DNA of 64,000 nucleotides from Eledone cirrhosa (GCA_964016885.1 OZ024740.1:347634001-347698000), one strand, 5' to 3'. Shown: positions 42,397 through 57,082, counted from the first letter of the stretch. Made by a program: numbers and translations. The notes: generated by a model not told the origin, from the letters alone.

Positions 42397-42860
42397 GCAC
42401 ACAAATAAACATACATATCTTTACTTTCTTTATTCAATAGAAAATCTGAATTCTGACACCCCACCGAACTAACCCTATTCACTGAACCAGAACAATTCTC
42501 CCATCCGTTTCTCTTGACCATTATCTTTCACTTATCAAGAAATTCTCTAAAAAGGCGCGAAATTTATTATAATTATTGACAAACCAATCAAATTACTTCT
42601 CGAAAAACCTGGCATTTCGAGCCACTTTTTCCATATAAAATAAGTAACATTCAGAGACCAACCAGATGTGAGAAAAACCACAGACCCTCCATCTCAACTC
42701 ACCTTTTGAAAAGCAGAAGAACTGCGAAACCGGTAAAGGAACCAAATAAATATATATATATTTTTTTTAAAAATAAGACTCCAGTTGCATTTTCGATTTC
42801 ATCTCTTTTTCTTTATACTTTCACTCGTGTAGGACACCTCGGTTATTTTTCATTTTGTAA
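41790..42860 (+). mobile_element. Probable Penelope-like 3' UTR with an internal duplication and a degenerate hammerhead (42702-42739)
   Basis: cctt TTGAAAA GCAG aagaa CTGC GAAAC cg GTA aagg, followed by AATAAA. 42010-42180 resembles 42370-42530. Confidence 0.55.
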
Positions 42861-42872
42861 AAAAAACCTCAC

Positions 42873-42945
<73 letters not shown>

Positions 42946-43126
42946 CATATATATATATATATATTTTTTTTTTATATTTATATATATATATGTATAAGGA
43001 AGCAACCTTAGATGACCCTGACACACAGTACTGGAGCCAGCTCCCGGCTTTATGTTTAGATTGATCCTAATTAACTCTGATTTCGCCACATTCGCCGAAA
43101 TGACCGAAGGGAGGATTCTTCTAGAA

Positions 43127-45658
43127 CACAGGTTCTCAACCCATTTAGGCCAAACGCCCCATTTTGTCCCTCGAAATCACGAAACGACCCCTCCCCCCGC
43201 TATTTTTCCATTTTCAATATACAACTGATTTTGATATCTGTAGATTACTTAAAAAATGATTAACAATATTCCAAAGATACCATTGCAGGCAGATGAGAGT
43301 GTAAATACATTACTTGAAAGGAAATATATAAATTTAAAAAAAAGGAACATATATGTTCTTTTTTTATGAATAAGGGACAGTTGAATTTGTTATATTCCCA
43401 ACAGGCATTACCAACTATTTTGAACATTTATACAAGAACAACTCTGTCAAGAGTGCTCTTATCTGGAAGAAAGTGACAATTATATCATTTCAAAGCTTTC
43501 CAAGTTTCCCTTTAATGAAACGGACAGAATAAATGTTGATATCTAACTTGATGTGCCCTCTGCTTTGTGAGCTTAGAGACCACGGAAGAGGGGTTTCATG
43601 ACCACGCGGGAGGGTATATTTATTAGTAAATAGTAAAATATATACAAATGAGTAAGTGAATTGTAGTAGATGGTTTCCAGTCCAGTCAGACTGCAACTAC
43701 AAATAAAAAAAATTGTTAGTTTGCTTTGTAACAATAGCATATCCAAGTTTTCAGATAAATCAACTTACTTTAATTTTGACCTCATTTCAATGGGACCCTT
43801 GAACTTTATGGAGTCTAGCTGACTCTTTGACGTCAGGCTGGATGTTTGTAAGATGTAGCCGGAGATCTCCACGTGTAATTACATTGTAGCGATTGCGAGC
43901 CTTACTGTGCAGTCTGGAAACAGCACCAAAACTCCTCTTGACTAAGTATGAGCTTGGAAAAGGCAGAGCAAATCTCTTAGCCTCTGCATGTAGGTGTGGA
44001 AATCGACGTTGAATTTCCTCTTGCATCCAAAAAAGGGGTTCACCTATTTTGGGAAATCTAATTTTGATCATGTCATCTGCTTGAAGTTCAATGAATTCTT
44101 CCTGAAATATAACGTCCAAATCATCGACATTAGCTATGAAGGGATCTGCTACCCACATTGGGATGTCCATCGGCAAAAGGTCGACGAACCGTTCTCTCAT
44201 GTTGTCTTGTAGCGCACGGAGGTGAGTGGTATAAATTTGGAGTTGGTCATCGCTTACAATGTTTTGAAAATTGGCGACACTAGGAAAATTATAGAATTCC
44301 CGTCAACAAAGATTCCTTTCGATGACATTCAATTTGGCCAGGAATGTTTTCACAGCATTCCTTGGTTTAAGCAAGGTGATCTTCTTCCCCTGCAAAGCCA
44401 AAATGACACTATTGCATTTGTCGACGATGTCGGTGAGGTAGGTGCAGTTTTGCCTCACATCGAGTGTTTTCTTCTACAGTTCTGTGTTGCGTCCTCGCAT
44501 AAACTGAATGATAGAGTCGAAAGGTTCAAAGAAATGAGTAAGGCACTTGCCCTTTGAAAGCCACCTCACTTCATTATGAAGTAGAACTTGACGAATTCTT
44601 CGTCATTATCTTGGCACAGTTGCCGGAAAATTCGTTCATTGAGGGAATGCCGTTTGATAAAATTGATGACATCAAGGGCCACCTGCAAGGACTTGCTCAG
44701 CGGCTTGCTGAGTTTCTTCGGAGCCAAGTGTTGTCGATGAATGACACAATGAACAACAAATACAGATAGATTTTCTCTCTTCAGAAGAGTGACAAAACCT
44801 ATATGTTGGCCGACCATTGCTCTTGCGTCGTCCGTAGCACATGATACAATGTGTGTTGTATTTGGTCCTAGATGTATGTATTACCTGCTTATGTATTGCA
44901 TGTGGTCCCAGCTGTATGTATTACCTGCTTGTGTGTTGTATGTGGTCCTAGATGTGTGTATTACCTCCTTATATGTTGTATGTGGTCCTAGATGTATGTA
45001 TTAACTGATATGTGTTGTATGTGGTCCTAGGTGTATGTATTACCTGCTTATGTGTTTTATGTGGTCCTAAATGTATGTATTACCTGCCTGTGTGTTGTAT
45101 GTGGTCCTAGATGTGTGTACTACCTTCTTATGTGTTGCATGTGGTCCTAGATGTGTGAATTACCTGATTATGTGTTGTATGTGGTCCTAGATGTGTGTGC
45201 TACCTGCTTGTGTTTTTTTTTTATTTATTTATTTGTAATATTATTTATACAATAGGGAATAAAATAAATCTACATAGTGTTAACTCGTAGACATGAAATA
45301 CATTGTTATCGGTGAAGGAAAGACAAGATTCTAACTGGCTGCGTTCAAAGTGTCCTTGACTCAGTTGACTATGGGTTTTTCCATTGTTAGGATATCAATT
45401 GCCGGTTAATGTCTAGACACGCCTGCACACCTGCTCACAGCTGCGGTCGGACCATGCTGGCTGCATGCTCATTCAAATGCATTCACATTGGCTGTCTCAA
45501 AGACATACAAATATGGCTTATAAATCTTACCAAAGTAAAGAGCCTTCCTGTGCCCCCCAAAGTTCCAAACACCCCCTAACATCCCCTTGCTCCCAAACGC
45601 CCCCCTGGAGTTCCGAAACGCCCTCCGGGGGTGCATATGCCCCCGTTGAGAACCTTTC
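43127..45658 (-). mobile_element. hAT (Buster-like) element, same family as 4319-6687
   Basis: TIRs cacaggttctcaa and ttgagaacctttc. TSD TTCTAGAA at 43119-43126 and 45659-45666. Transposase remnants at 43787-44850 and a 40-bp minisatellite at ~44850-45215. Confidence 0.95.
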
Positions 45659-46433
45659 TTCTAGAACAAAGGTTCTCAACCCATTTCTACCCTTTCGCCC
45701 CTCAAAATCACGAAAGGCCTATTTTTCCATTTTTCAATATACTACTGATTTTGATATCAGTAGATTACTGGGCCAAATCAAGTTATGTTAGAATCTTTAA
45801 AAAAATCTTTATAAAATACTCGTACGAATTAAATTCAAAAAGGTTTCAGTCTAAAACAAAAGCAAGCTATTTCAAGTTATATATTTTTGAAAAATAGACG
45901 TGAATGTTCTCAAAGATTTGATCTCAGTCGAAAAAGCTTTTTTTTTTTAATTCTATATTTCACTGTTAGCTGTTGTAACATTTTGAGTGGATAGACAATT
46001 CTACAATTCAAACTGTAAAGTCAAAATACGAAAGATGCAAAATATGAAGAATTTCTTACCTTTTTCTGGAATCACAAACTCAAGGGAAAAATAGTACCTT
46101 AGGAAATAAAGTACCTCGATCACAAACTTAGTTGCAACGAATGAATTGAGATGCTTAGTGACAGTGAGCAAACAATATCTGTATTCCTTTTATATGTATA
46201 TATATATATATATATATACATAGATAGATACACACACACATACGTGCAAGCGCGCGCGCTCACACACACTGACTTGTGTGTGTGTGTGTGTGCGTTCTTT
46301 ATGGTACAGAAAGAATTTTTTCTCCAGTTTTTATTGCCGAGTCAAAGGCCACTGCGCTTTTCAACAACGTCAAATAACAACGCCAAATATATATAGAAAT
46401 ATATAAAGAGAGAAAGAGAGAGAGAGAGAGGGT

Positions 46434-46529
<96 letters not shown>

Positions 46530-46704
46530 AAAAGACAAACTGACAAACTGAGAGAGTAAGAAATGTGTGTGTGTGTGTTTGGTACACGTCTATCTATCTT
46601 TACATCTATCTCTCCAACAGGCGGCTCAAACATGCGGCCCGCGAACTACTTTTCTATGGCCCGTGGTAGAACCAATATTTCAGATTCCATTATAACTGGC
46701 GAAA

Positions 46705-46930
46705 ATAAGGCGGTGAGCTGGTGGAATCGTTAGCACATCTGGCGAAATGCTTAGCGGTACTTCTTCCGTTTTTACGTTCCGAGTTCAAATTCCGCCGATC
46801 TCAACTTTGCCTTTCATCCTTTTGGAGTCGATAAATTAAGTGCCAGTTGTGAACTGGGATCAATGTAATCGACGGGACCCTAAACCTCAAATTCCATGCC
46901 TTGTGTCTATAGTAGAAATAATTATAACTG
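46705..46930 (+). mobile_element. tRNA-derived SINE
   Basis: ggcggtgagctggtggaatcgttagcac head, gagttcaaattccgcc B box, ctttgcctttcatcc..gtcgataaattaagt core. Confidence 0.8.
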
Positions 46931-47039
46931 GTAAAAATCATCACCCACCACCACGTTTGGCCCAATGTGCCTCTCATCCAGGACGTAATGGACCTTTTAT
47001 GTCCTTGAGTTTGAGACCCCTCTTCTACACACACATAGA

Positions 47040-47316
47040 CACACATATCTATATACACTTTATTTTTTTTCTGTCTCTGGACTACGCCCATGTTGGAGCA
47101 TCACCTTGGTAAGTTATGGGGACGTCAACAAACCAACAAGTATTGGTGGGAGTGCAAACACAAACGCAAAGACACACACCGACATATATACATATATACG
47201 ACGCGCTTCTTTTTGTTTCGGTCTATCAAATCCACTCACGGGGCTTTGGTCGGCCCGGGCAGTGGGACTGAACCCGGAAACATGTGGTTGGGAAGCAGCT
47301 TCTTGTCACACTGCGC

Positions 47317-47320
<4 letters not shown>
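47040..47320 (-). mobile_element. Second SINE family, internally deleted
   Basis: gcagtgggactgaacccggaa..catgtggttgggaagc is the reverse complement of a tRNA-like head. Confidence 0.6.
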
Positions 47321-47390
<70 letters not shown>

Positions 47391-47480
47391 GTGTGTGTGT
47401 GTGTGTGTGTGTCAGGGGCGAAGGGTGAGTGCATGCAAGGTATGCAGTGCATGAGTTATAGAATCTTGAGTTGATCAATT

Positions 47481-47539
47481 GCGTCGGTTGAAGCAAGCAG
47501 AATTTTGGCTGCTTACTAAATCGTAGAAACAAATAGATA

Positions 47540-47592
<53 letters not shown>

Positions 47593-47770
47593 AACACACG
47601 ACAGCGTCGTTTGAAGCAAGCAGAATTTTGGCTGCTTGCTAAACCGTAGACACATAAAAAGATAACCCACACACACACAAACAAACGACAGCGTCGGTTG
47701 AAGCAAGCAAAACTTTGGCTACTCACTAGATCGTAGATACATAAAAAGATAACACACACACACACATACA
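47481..47770 (+). repeat. Tandem repeat, 3 units separated by CA/TA runs
   Basis: Unit core gcgtcggttgaagcaagcagaattttggctgcttactaaatcgtaga. Confidence 0.85.
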
Positions 47771-48693
47771 CACACTAGATAACACTACATGCGGCTTTGA
47801 CCGGGAGGGTGATTTAGAGAGTATGGGGGGGGGTAAGGCTGTACAGCCCCACTTTCCGCAATGGCGATTGGACTGCATGCCCTGCTTTCCATGTTACCCT
47901 TCGCCACTGGTGTATTGGGGTATGTGTGTGTGTATTATATAGACAATGAAAATAAAAAGAATAGTCAAGTTACTTTATAACTTTGTTTTTATTTTGTTGT
48001 TTTTTTTATTTTTATTGTTAATTTAATACCTAATATCTGACTCTGTATCTAAAGAATTAATTCAGCGAAACACAGAACTTCTCTATGGATTTTGCAAAAT
48101 TACATTGCGTTCTATCTACGGTACCGACCCTACTACCAGAGGTAGAACAGACTGAAAAAAGAAAAAATATATATATGTATGTGTATCTGTGTGTGTATAA
48201 TATATATATATATAAATCTATATACATACATATATACATACATACATTTACGTATGCATATAGCTATGCATGCATTTAAACATCTGTATATATACATGCA
48301 TTTATATATGTGTAAGGATATTGACATGATTTTTTTTTTTTTTTGTAAGGCGAGAATTTTGACTCCAGATTTTATTACCTAGGGAGTTTAAATACCATAG
48401 CATTTCAACCTCATCAAACACCAACGCTGGCCTATGTGTGTGTATATGTATGTGTGTATGTATGTATGCCCTTCTGGTTTTATAATTTCACAAAGTTTTA
48501 CCAATAGAGAGAGAGTCGGTTTCTAACATAGACACAAGACTCTCTCATTGGAATTTACACATCAACTAGGTAGATATGTATGTATGCATGCATGTGTAGA
48601 TATGGATGTTATTGTATGTGTGGATGTGGATGTTTTGAGTTGTATGTGTGCATGTGTATATGCTTTGTATCTGTACATGTGTATATGCAGTTA

Positions 48694-49850
48694 TTAGATG
48701 CAAAATTTTTGGAAAGTTTTACATATTTTTATTGTTCCATTAATGGATTGTACTTGTAGTTTCCTAACTAGTTGTGTTCTTTCTGTTCCTGTGAAGCCTA
48801 GCTTCTCAAGATTTGTATTGAGGCAGTTACTAACAAATCCCAGTGCCCCAACAATCACAGGCATAAATCTGAAGGTGTAATCAGGGTGGAGTATCTGCAG
48901 ATTTCTCATCAGTTCTGCATAAATATTCTCCTTTTCACTAATCTTTGATATTATATTGGCATCTGCTGGGCAGCTAATTTCCACTGCTGTGCATGTTTTC
49001 TTCTCCCTGTCCCATATCATAATATCTGGTCTGTTATGCCTGCATTTTATTGTGGTTTTTACTGGAACATTCCACCAGTACTCTTTCATATTATGTACAT
49101 GGATGTCTTCCACGTTGTTGTAGCTTTTAATGTGTTTATTATCGGGGCTATCTTTTTTACGAACTGCATTGTACAGTGTTTTGGCCACTATATCATGCCT
49201 TATAGGTATATAGTACCGCGATGACATATTTGCACAACTGCTGATGACATGGGTGATATCCTCGATGTTAGTTCTGCAGAGTCTGTACTTGTTATAACAT
49301 CTAGATGTTTTGCCTGCATCCCTATCTCTTTTGTGAATCAGGTATTTCGTGCTAATCTGTTCTTGGATTGCAAAAGTGTATCCTTCAAAGTGGGAGCCAA
49401 TATAGCGGTTGTTGGTCCAAGATAGACTACTTTCCTTATCTATATTACTCTCACTCTGGAGCTTCCTGGCAACATATCCATGCATGACTTTTTGCTGATA
49501 GGCATGCAGTTTTTCATCTATGGATTCACTGCGATACTGCTGAGCGACATCCCTGTGTGAGTTTTTGATTATCACACAGGGAATATCTCTCAAGGAATTC
49601 CTTCCCAACTCTCATGATCTTATCTGTTTCATGCAGATAGACTTGCTCAAGAAGCGGGCTCCTACGCTTCGAGGTTCATAGATGTTGTCGGAGAGATATG
49701 ATGCGACATTCAAATGTTGTCTGGACTGATGGTAGGCCTCTGCCTCCCTGCTTACGTTTCAAGTAAAGGCGGTCTATGTCACTGTTGATGTGGAAGTTTC
49801 CGGTGTTGTTCAGTATTTTTCGAGTTCCAACATCAACTGCTCGGATTTCG
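48694..49850 (-). mobile_element. R4/Dong-like retrotransposon 3' fragment
   Basis: Motifs DIDRLYLKRKQGGRGL, FAIQEQ, RHD, HNRPDI and PVIVGALG. Frameshifted. Confidence 0.85.
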
Positions 49851-50924
49851 TATGTATGTATATACACATGTACATATGAATGTATATGTCAATATACATG
49901 GGTGTATGTATATGCGCGGGGACATAGAACAAGTCGGGCTGGACACCGGATCGCGCGGTTAAACCACTGGGAGTGAAGGACCCCCTAGCATTTGTCAGGG
50001 CATTCTTCTAGGAGAAGGCAACTCAGGAATCTGGGATAAATCCGATATAAAACCTGCGACACAGTAATTACCGATGATGTTGATCTTTTCTTCTTTTCAG
50101 GTTATAGCTACTGTCGCTCAGAGAGTGGGATTGGCTCAGTGCACAGTCTTTCCTCACTTCAAAAAATATCTTCACGCACAGGCATTGCACGATAGTATTA
50201 ATTAATAATTATTAATAATGGAATACCGTGTAATGGCCATGCACGATAACGAGGGGGCAGCCATCATCATCATGTATGTATGTATGTATGTATGCATGTA
50301 TGTATGTACGTATGTACGTATGCATGTGTGTGTATGATTGTATGTATGATTGTATGTATGTATATGTATACACCCACACCTTTCATAACTATTGCTTCAT
50401 TTTCTTGTCGTTTCTGTCGTTCTTGTAACTGTTGTCATAGTTGACCTTGTCCTTATTTTCATTTTCTTCGATTTTTTTCGTTTTTCTTTTATCTCTCTAG
50501 GGTTTTCGTTGAAAAGCTTCTTTCATTTATTTTCTTCATTTTCTTCATTCAAATGCATTCACACTGGCTGTCTCAGAGACGTACAAATATGGCTTATAAA
50601 ACTTACCTGAGTAAAGAGCCTTCAGCGCCCCTCTAGCGCCTCCCCAAATATTCAAATGCCTCCCTAACGTCCCCTTGCTCCAAATCCTTTGTTCTAGAAC
50701 ATCATGCATCGTGCGAGAAATAGCAACCAAATCAACCTCAAATTACACCAGAACCTCTTAGGAAAAGAAAGAAGAGAATGGTTAATATGTCCTTAAAATA
50801 CTTTGATAATTTGGGCAATCAGTGTTTATCTGCGACAAAACAATTACAAAATGACCTAAAATATACTGGAGGATAGCACTTCGCCCTCTATCCTCATGTT
50901 AGTTTATGAAATTCAAAGGGTTTC

Positions 50925-51700
50925 ATCTAAGTGGGAAAGCAATTTCAAAACTTACGAACGTGCCAGTCATGCCACTTTCATTAACGCAGTCAACAAGTAG
51001 AAAGGAGAGCAAGATTATCCACTTCTCCTTAAGAAATGATGGTGGGAGTCGATGTTGACGATAGAATATACTGATTACAAGTCCCGTCTTGCACGTAATA
51101 ATTGTTAGAAATAATGCCACAATCAAGCAATGCCCAGATAGTGGGCGTGTATGTGATGGACGGTTTCATCACCTCACACATCTCGAACAGGATCGGTTAC
51201 TAACAATTGCTAACGATTCCAGTACTGCAATAGCAATACAGTTTATGCTAAATCCCCACTTTTCTAGAACTACTAAATCAATGGCTTTTGCAAGTTCACA
51301 ATACTGCACGACCACTTTGACAATATCGTTGAGCGACTCGTAAGCCTAACAACATTTAAGAAGCCAAACATCCAAACTCATTCTCCGATTCCCCTGTCTG
51401 TTGCATTGTCAAAGAGACTAAATATGCGAAATATGACGCACAAAAGGCGAACACGTCTGTTCATCAATATTGTTGTCCACCCCTGCAAATACTTCACTTT
51501 CAACCCATATCTGCGTATCATCCTCGACGGCAGATCGAGACTCCCGTGGGGGAGGTTTCGAGAAGCCGTTGTCCAGAAATATGTTGCATACTTTTACATC
51601 CAGCGATACTGAAACTGCAATGTCCCGATACGTGAAGGAGATGTAGATTTTATAATGGGACAGAAAGACAGCAAGTGATTGAGTCGCAGAAATTCGGATC
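50925..51700 (-). mobile_element. Possible highly degraded Helitron Rep/helicase remnant
   Basis: Faint residual motifs resembling GLLEDD..W and G.TAH..F..P, with many stops. Confidence 0.35.
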
Positions 51701-52961
51701 TTACTGATGGCTAGCAGATACAGACTTGATGTACTGATTGTCTGAAGTCAACGGACGTACCTGCTTCGACGCCAACGCAAGCCTATGTGAATTTAGAAAA
51801 CACAGGCCTAATTGAAACCTGCTGGTTATGAAAAGAGTGAGAAAAATCATCTACCTTATCTATAGATAATCGGGCATACTATGTTTGTTTGTCCTAGGAG
51901 GGCACATAAAGATCCATTGCGATTATTTTTAAATTCTACCATGTCACGTATGAATCTTCGATTAGAGTAATCGAATTGTCTGTATCAGAAGTCTGTCTGT
52001 TTTTGTCTATGGAGTAAATTCATTTATTTGAGCACTATCTGTTGTGTCTATGATTTCGGATGAAGATCAGATTTTTCCAGGCAATAGTAAAATTGTAATG
52101 TGATTGTTGCTGACGCTATTGTTATGGATTTTGCTATTGTTATTAATGCTGTATCACTTCTTTGTGTATCTTCTGTTATTCTATGTATTTTTATTTTTGT
52201 TGTTATTGATGATGAGGGTGGTGGGGGGCGGATGTTCATGTTGGAGTTTGTGGTGGTGCTGCTGGTGTTACTGGTACTGGTAGCGGTAGTGTTGGTAGTT
52301 CGTGCTGATGAAGGTGGTACAGGTGGTGATGGCGCTGGTGTTGTGCCAGTGATGGTGTATGTGGAGGTCGGAGTGGTGTTGTGATAGTTGTAGTGTTGCT
52401 GGTAGTTAATGTTATTTCTTTTTTGTTTGCATATTTCACCACGCTGTTTAGTTTTTTTGTAAATATTTCCGATTTCTAAAGATTTGGGCTTTTATGAAAT
52501 GTCAGGTGATTTCTCCTACCTCAAATATCTTCACCTTTATCGACCTCTATTTCTTTTATTTTACTGATGCCGCCTTCTCACCTTTTTAATCTTCTTCACT
52601 TGAGAAATCAGACAGTGTAAACATTGTCCCCGAATATGTCTGAACTTGTTCTTGCGTGTTTCTACGAATGTTGTTTTGTTCAGGAGGGCACTTTACCGTG
52701 AAATCCTTGATGTTTTTTAATGTTCCCTAACAATAGAATTATAAACTAAATCCATTATTTCAATTAAATATCTTTGAAACTTCACATAAGTTGTTTTACA
52801 CACACACTTACACGCGCAGATGGCACACTCACACTCACATACATACACATAACAGCCGCACACAAATACTCACTGATACACATACACACACAATATACAT
52901 ATATATATAGGAGATAACGAAACAAATCGTTTCAACAGCTAAATCTACATTTCATAGAAAT

Positions 52962-52998
52962 ATGTCACCAATCACCGTCTTCTTACTTCTTCTTTCTG
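52962..52998 (+). CDS. Kazal gene 2, exon 1 (MSPITVFLLLLS, phase 1)
   Basis: Paralog of 16325-16361 with a G|GTATGT donor. Confidence 0.85.
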
Positions 52999-53021
52999 GT
53001 ATGTATATTTTTGTATAGTGA

Positions 53022-53200
53022 ATTGCCAGTATCGGTAGAGGGTTGGACGCCACACTTTCTAGCATAGTTACGTCCCTTTACGTTCTGAGTTCAAATCCCG
53101 CGCAGGTTAACTATGCATTTCATCCTTACGGGGTCGATAAAATAAAGTACCAGTAATGTACTGGTTAATTGCTGGCTTTGTCCCAACACTAGAAACACTT
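53022..53200 (+). mobile_element. SINE in gene 2 intron 1, absent from gene 1
   Basis: A/B boxes and core are present. The flanks are contiguous at ~16375 in gene 1. Confidence 0.8.
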
Positions 53201-53535
53201 ATTTCTTTTACGTTACTGGCAAAATTGTTGTATCTCAATTTTAGACAATGCTCTTCGTTGATTCTGTCTGAGCCCTAGCGCCCAATGTGTCTTGGCTTGA
53301 TGTCACTAAACTAAAACCTGACACAATATATTGTTGGCGTTCACATCATCTCAAATATGCATCCAAAGCAAAGAATTGATTGTCTTCATTCCTAATGTCC
53401 GAATAATTTCAGCAGGTGGGCCAAGGCCTTAATCAGAACCAAATGATCTACACTCTGCCAGATTGACTATATATCCAATTTTCTGCTGTTTCTAACTCCC
53501 TCCTCTCTCTCTCTCTCTCGCACTCTCTCTCTCTC

Positions 53536-53685
<150 letters not shown>

Positions 53686-53890
53686 TATATAGAAAGATTT
53701 GAATGGATACAGTTTAGTTGAAAGGAATTTATGGACACGTGTTTCTATAACAGTTACATAACCTAAAACAGCTGCTATCTACAAACTTTACGTGAGCAAA
53801 CTCTACGTGAGCTGATAATCTACTGTGTGTAATATTTATATTACAACACAACGGAAAATACTGTATATAAATATATATACATATATATAA

Positions 53891-53985
<95 letters not shown>

Positions 53986-54119
53986 ATACCCTTTATTATT
54001 TCCTTACCTTATAAAATTATGTTTTTTCACAAAAAAGTATTCTGTCTCTTATATATTCCATGTGCCATTACCAACCTCAATTTTCTCTATAACCTTCGTT
54101 TTGTGTAGAAAATTACACT

Positions 54120-54163
<44 letters not shown>

Positions 54164-54165
<2 letters not shown>

Positions 54166-54754
54166 TAGCAGTGGTACCCAGCGTTACACGGGATAAGGTA
54201 TTTTGGAACGCCGGCCGCCAACAGACCTAATCGAGGAAAAACTTCATGCCTAGACAATATGTAAAGAAAATAAACAGAATACTCTGATGGCTGGATAATC
54301 TTTAAGATGTTCCTCGATGAAGCAGGAAAGATGCAGGTTTTCACCTAATGTCCTAGGTGATCAAGAAAATTAATTTTTTTTATGTGCATAATATGCCTTG
54401 AAATTTCGGGAAAATCGGCTCGACGTAGCGCCTCAAAAAAACCAGAAAAAGCTGAAAAAATGAAGCTGAAAAAATGAAGTTTTTCACCTATTTCATAAAA
54501 AGTGGGATTTTATGTGTTCACTGCCTAATACATAATTACAATTAGAAGGAAATCGGTCTGACGTAATATCTGAAAAACCCCTAGAAAGCTGAAAAAATGC
54601 AGATTTTTTACCTAATGTGGGCCCTAGGGGATCAAAAAGTAGAATGTGTTTATGTGCACAACACTCCCTCAAACATAAGTAATACACATGTAAAGGTTGA
54701 AAAAAGTCGGTTAGGTACTTCTCGTGTTTTAGGGATTCAAACTCACAGACACAG

Positions 54755-54820
<66 letters not shown>

Positions 54821-54841
54821 ACACGCACGCACGCGCACACA

Positions 54842-54905
<64 letters not shown>

Positions 54906-55194
54906 CACAGACATCCTCATTGAAGTGATGTAATGCAGACAGCCTGACATAAAGACAGATATTATAAGGGTGCGACGTTATATGTATGTATCTAAAAAGA
55001 GAAAGACTAAGAATCATAGAGAGATCATTAAAACGTCTAATGGGGTCCCTAGGACATTGAAAATTTGAAATTTGTTTTGCTCAAAGCACTCCCCGAAACA
55101 TAAGTATTACATGTGTAAAGATTGAAAAGAGTCGGTTGGGTGTTTCTTGAGTTTTAGGGATTCAAAGTCACACACACACAGACAGACATCCTCA

Positions 55195-55203
<9 letters not shown>
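54164..55203 (-). mobile_element. Non-autonomous Helitron-like element
   Basis: The minus strand starts tataaaactgaggatgtctgtctg and ends with hairpin cccgtgtaacgctggg followed by CTAG. It has internal subrepeats and sits in (TA)n. Confidence 0.65.
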
Positions 55204-55257
<54 letters not shown>

Positions 55258-56326
55258 TACTGCTAAATACATAATTATGAACCACCCATTCATACATATG
55301 TTTAAATGGTCATATGGTGTGTGTTCAGATAAGCGGTTTCCTGATACCTGAAATTGTGAGTTGGTAATCTTACTCATTTTTTCGCATTTTCTTCGTGTTT
55401 TATTGTTGCTATTATTATTATTGTTGTATTGTAAAAACGTTTAAGAAATTTAAATAAATGGGGTATAAACTTGTGAAACAACCCTTGAAATACTAGATAG
55501 GCTGTCTTTTCTTCTTTTCTTTTTAGAGAGTTTCATTTGTTTTCTTAGCTTAATATAGTACAGTACATTATTGTTCGTGAATATTTATGTGTGGGATATG
55601 GGATTGTGTAAAGAGCATATGACCGAACGCCTAAGAGATTCACTTCTTATCTCCATGCTTCCATGTTTGGATCGGCCTAAGACACTTGAAACTATATAGC
55701 CGGTAACTCTATATTGTGGAAGCCCAATAAGGGGATTCTGCTACATAGAGATACGCTTCATCTGTTTGAATATTACATTTAGATTATACATAGACATAGA
55801 GAATGCTCAGTCGTATGCCCCATATTACAATGACTACATAATATAGGTAGATATAATTCATTATCATAATGTAATGGTTATGTTACTATTGTTTAATCAT
55901 AAGTTAGTCCCATTGAATCAGAACTTCGATCAAAATCATTGCAGCCGTGATCGCCCCATCATTTTGTCCCACACGTAGAGTAATGCCACTATTAATTGTG
56001 ATGCCACTGTTTATTCTGATACCACTGTTGATTGTAACTGAGTCTCGTTTGGGTACTTTTTTAAGCTGTCTCCGGCTGATACTGATCCACATAGCTTTTA
56101 TGTTGTGGGTCACAGGTGTTGCACGGGTGTGGCTCAAACATGTTGTAGATTCATGTGGGAATTCTCTAACTTTATCACATGCTAGTCTTTGCAAAATCTT
56201 ATTTTGACTGCTTTCAAATATTCTGTCTGACTTGAGACAATCTTTGTTTATTTTGTTGGAATTTACACTATGTAATTATTTATATGTATTTTAGAGATTT
56301 TCACTTTTAGCACGAATCATCATCAC

Positions 56327-56367
<41 letters not shown>

Positions 56368-56574
56368 CATGCACCACAACCATCATCATCACCACCACCA
56401 TGATCATCATCATCATCATCATAATCACCACCACTACCACTAAAATCATCATCACCGCCATCTTCACAATCATCATCACCATCATCATCACCATCATCAT
56501 CACCATCATTATCACCATCATCATCACCATCATCATGATATTCATCATTCCATAATCATCATTATTATTATTTT

Positions 56575-56750
56575 GGCAGTATCGGTAGAGGGTCGGACGC
56601 CATGCTTTGACGCATAGAGTTACGTCCCTTTATGGTCTGAGTTCAAATCCCGCCGAGGTTAACTTTGCTTTTCATCCTTACAGGGTCGATAAAATAATGT
56701 ACCAGTAATACACTGGTTTATTGCTGGCCGTGTGCCAAATGTAGAAACAA
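56575..56750 (+). mobile_element. SINE upstream of exon 2 (truncated by deletion at 26055-26128 in gene 1)
   Basis: tggcagtatcggtagag head, B box and core. Confidence 0.8.
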
Positions 56751-56851
56751 TTATTATTATTGCAATACAAATTATAAGAATGAGAAAGCGGACGATTTTA
56801 TTTTCAAAATAAAAAAGGTTACTTATAATGTATGGTTTCGTCCATGAACAG

Positions 56852-56984
56852 GAGCTGTCTTGAACACTGCTACAACACAAGACACTCGTGATTGTGGAGC
56901 GTGTGCAGCTGTATATGAACCGGTATGTGGCACTGACGGCAACACTTATTCAAACTACTGCATGTTGAAAATGAGTATTTGCAG
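56852..56984 (+). CDS. Kazal gene 2, exon 2 (GAVLNTATTQDTRDCGACAAVYEPVCGTDGNTYSNYCMLKMSIC)
   Basis: Same splice sites and Kazal motif as 26170-26302, with 3 substitutions. Confidence 0.95.
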
Positions 56985-57082
56985 GTAAGTACAGGATCTT
57001 CATATGTAGACGCATACACATTTATGTGGGAGGTGTAGAGGAAAAGTGCCTTTCGATTCACATAAGTAGATAGAAGTTGCAG

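Larger units (their letters stand above)
45667..50691 (-). mobile_element. Second hAT copy in tandem: only the ends remain (45667-45769 and ~50545-50691), enclosing ~4.8 kb of unrelated DNA
   Basis: Starts caaaggttctcaacccattt immediately after TTCTAGAA. Ends ...cctttg followed by TTCTAGAA at 50692-50699. Confidence 0.7.

Noticed and set aside
44850-45215. CRISPR-like regular 40-bp repeats (also 4797-4996 and 32169-32290)
   Set aside because: The units are head-to-tail without unique spacers, there are no cas genes, and the context is eukaryotic.
46705-46800. tRNA-like A/B boxes
   Set aside because: These are SINE heads that continue into the SINE core and do not form a full cloverleaf.
52048-52442. 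Val/Gly-rich and Thr/Pro/His-rich ORFs
   Set aside because: Degenerate trinucleotide low-complexity DNA with no exon structure.
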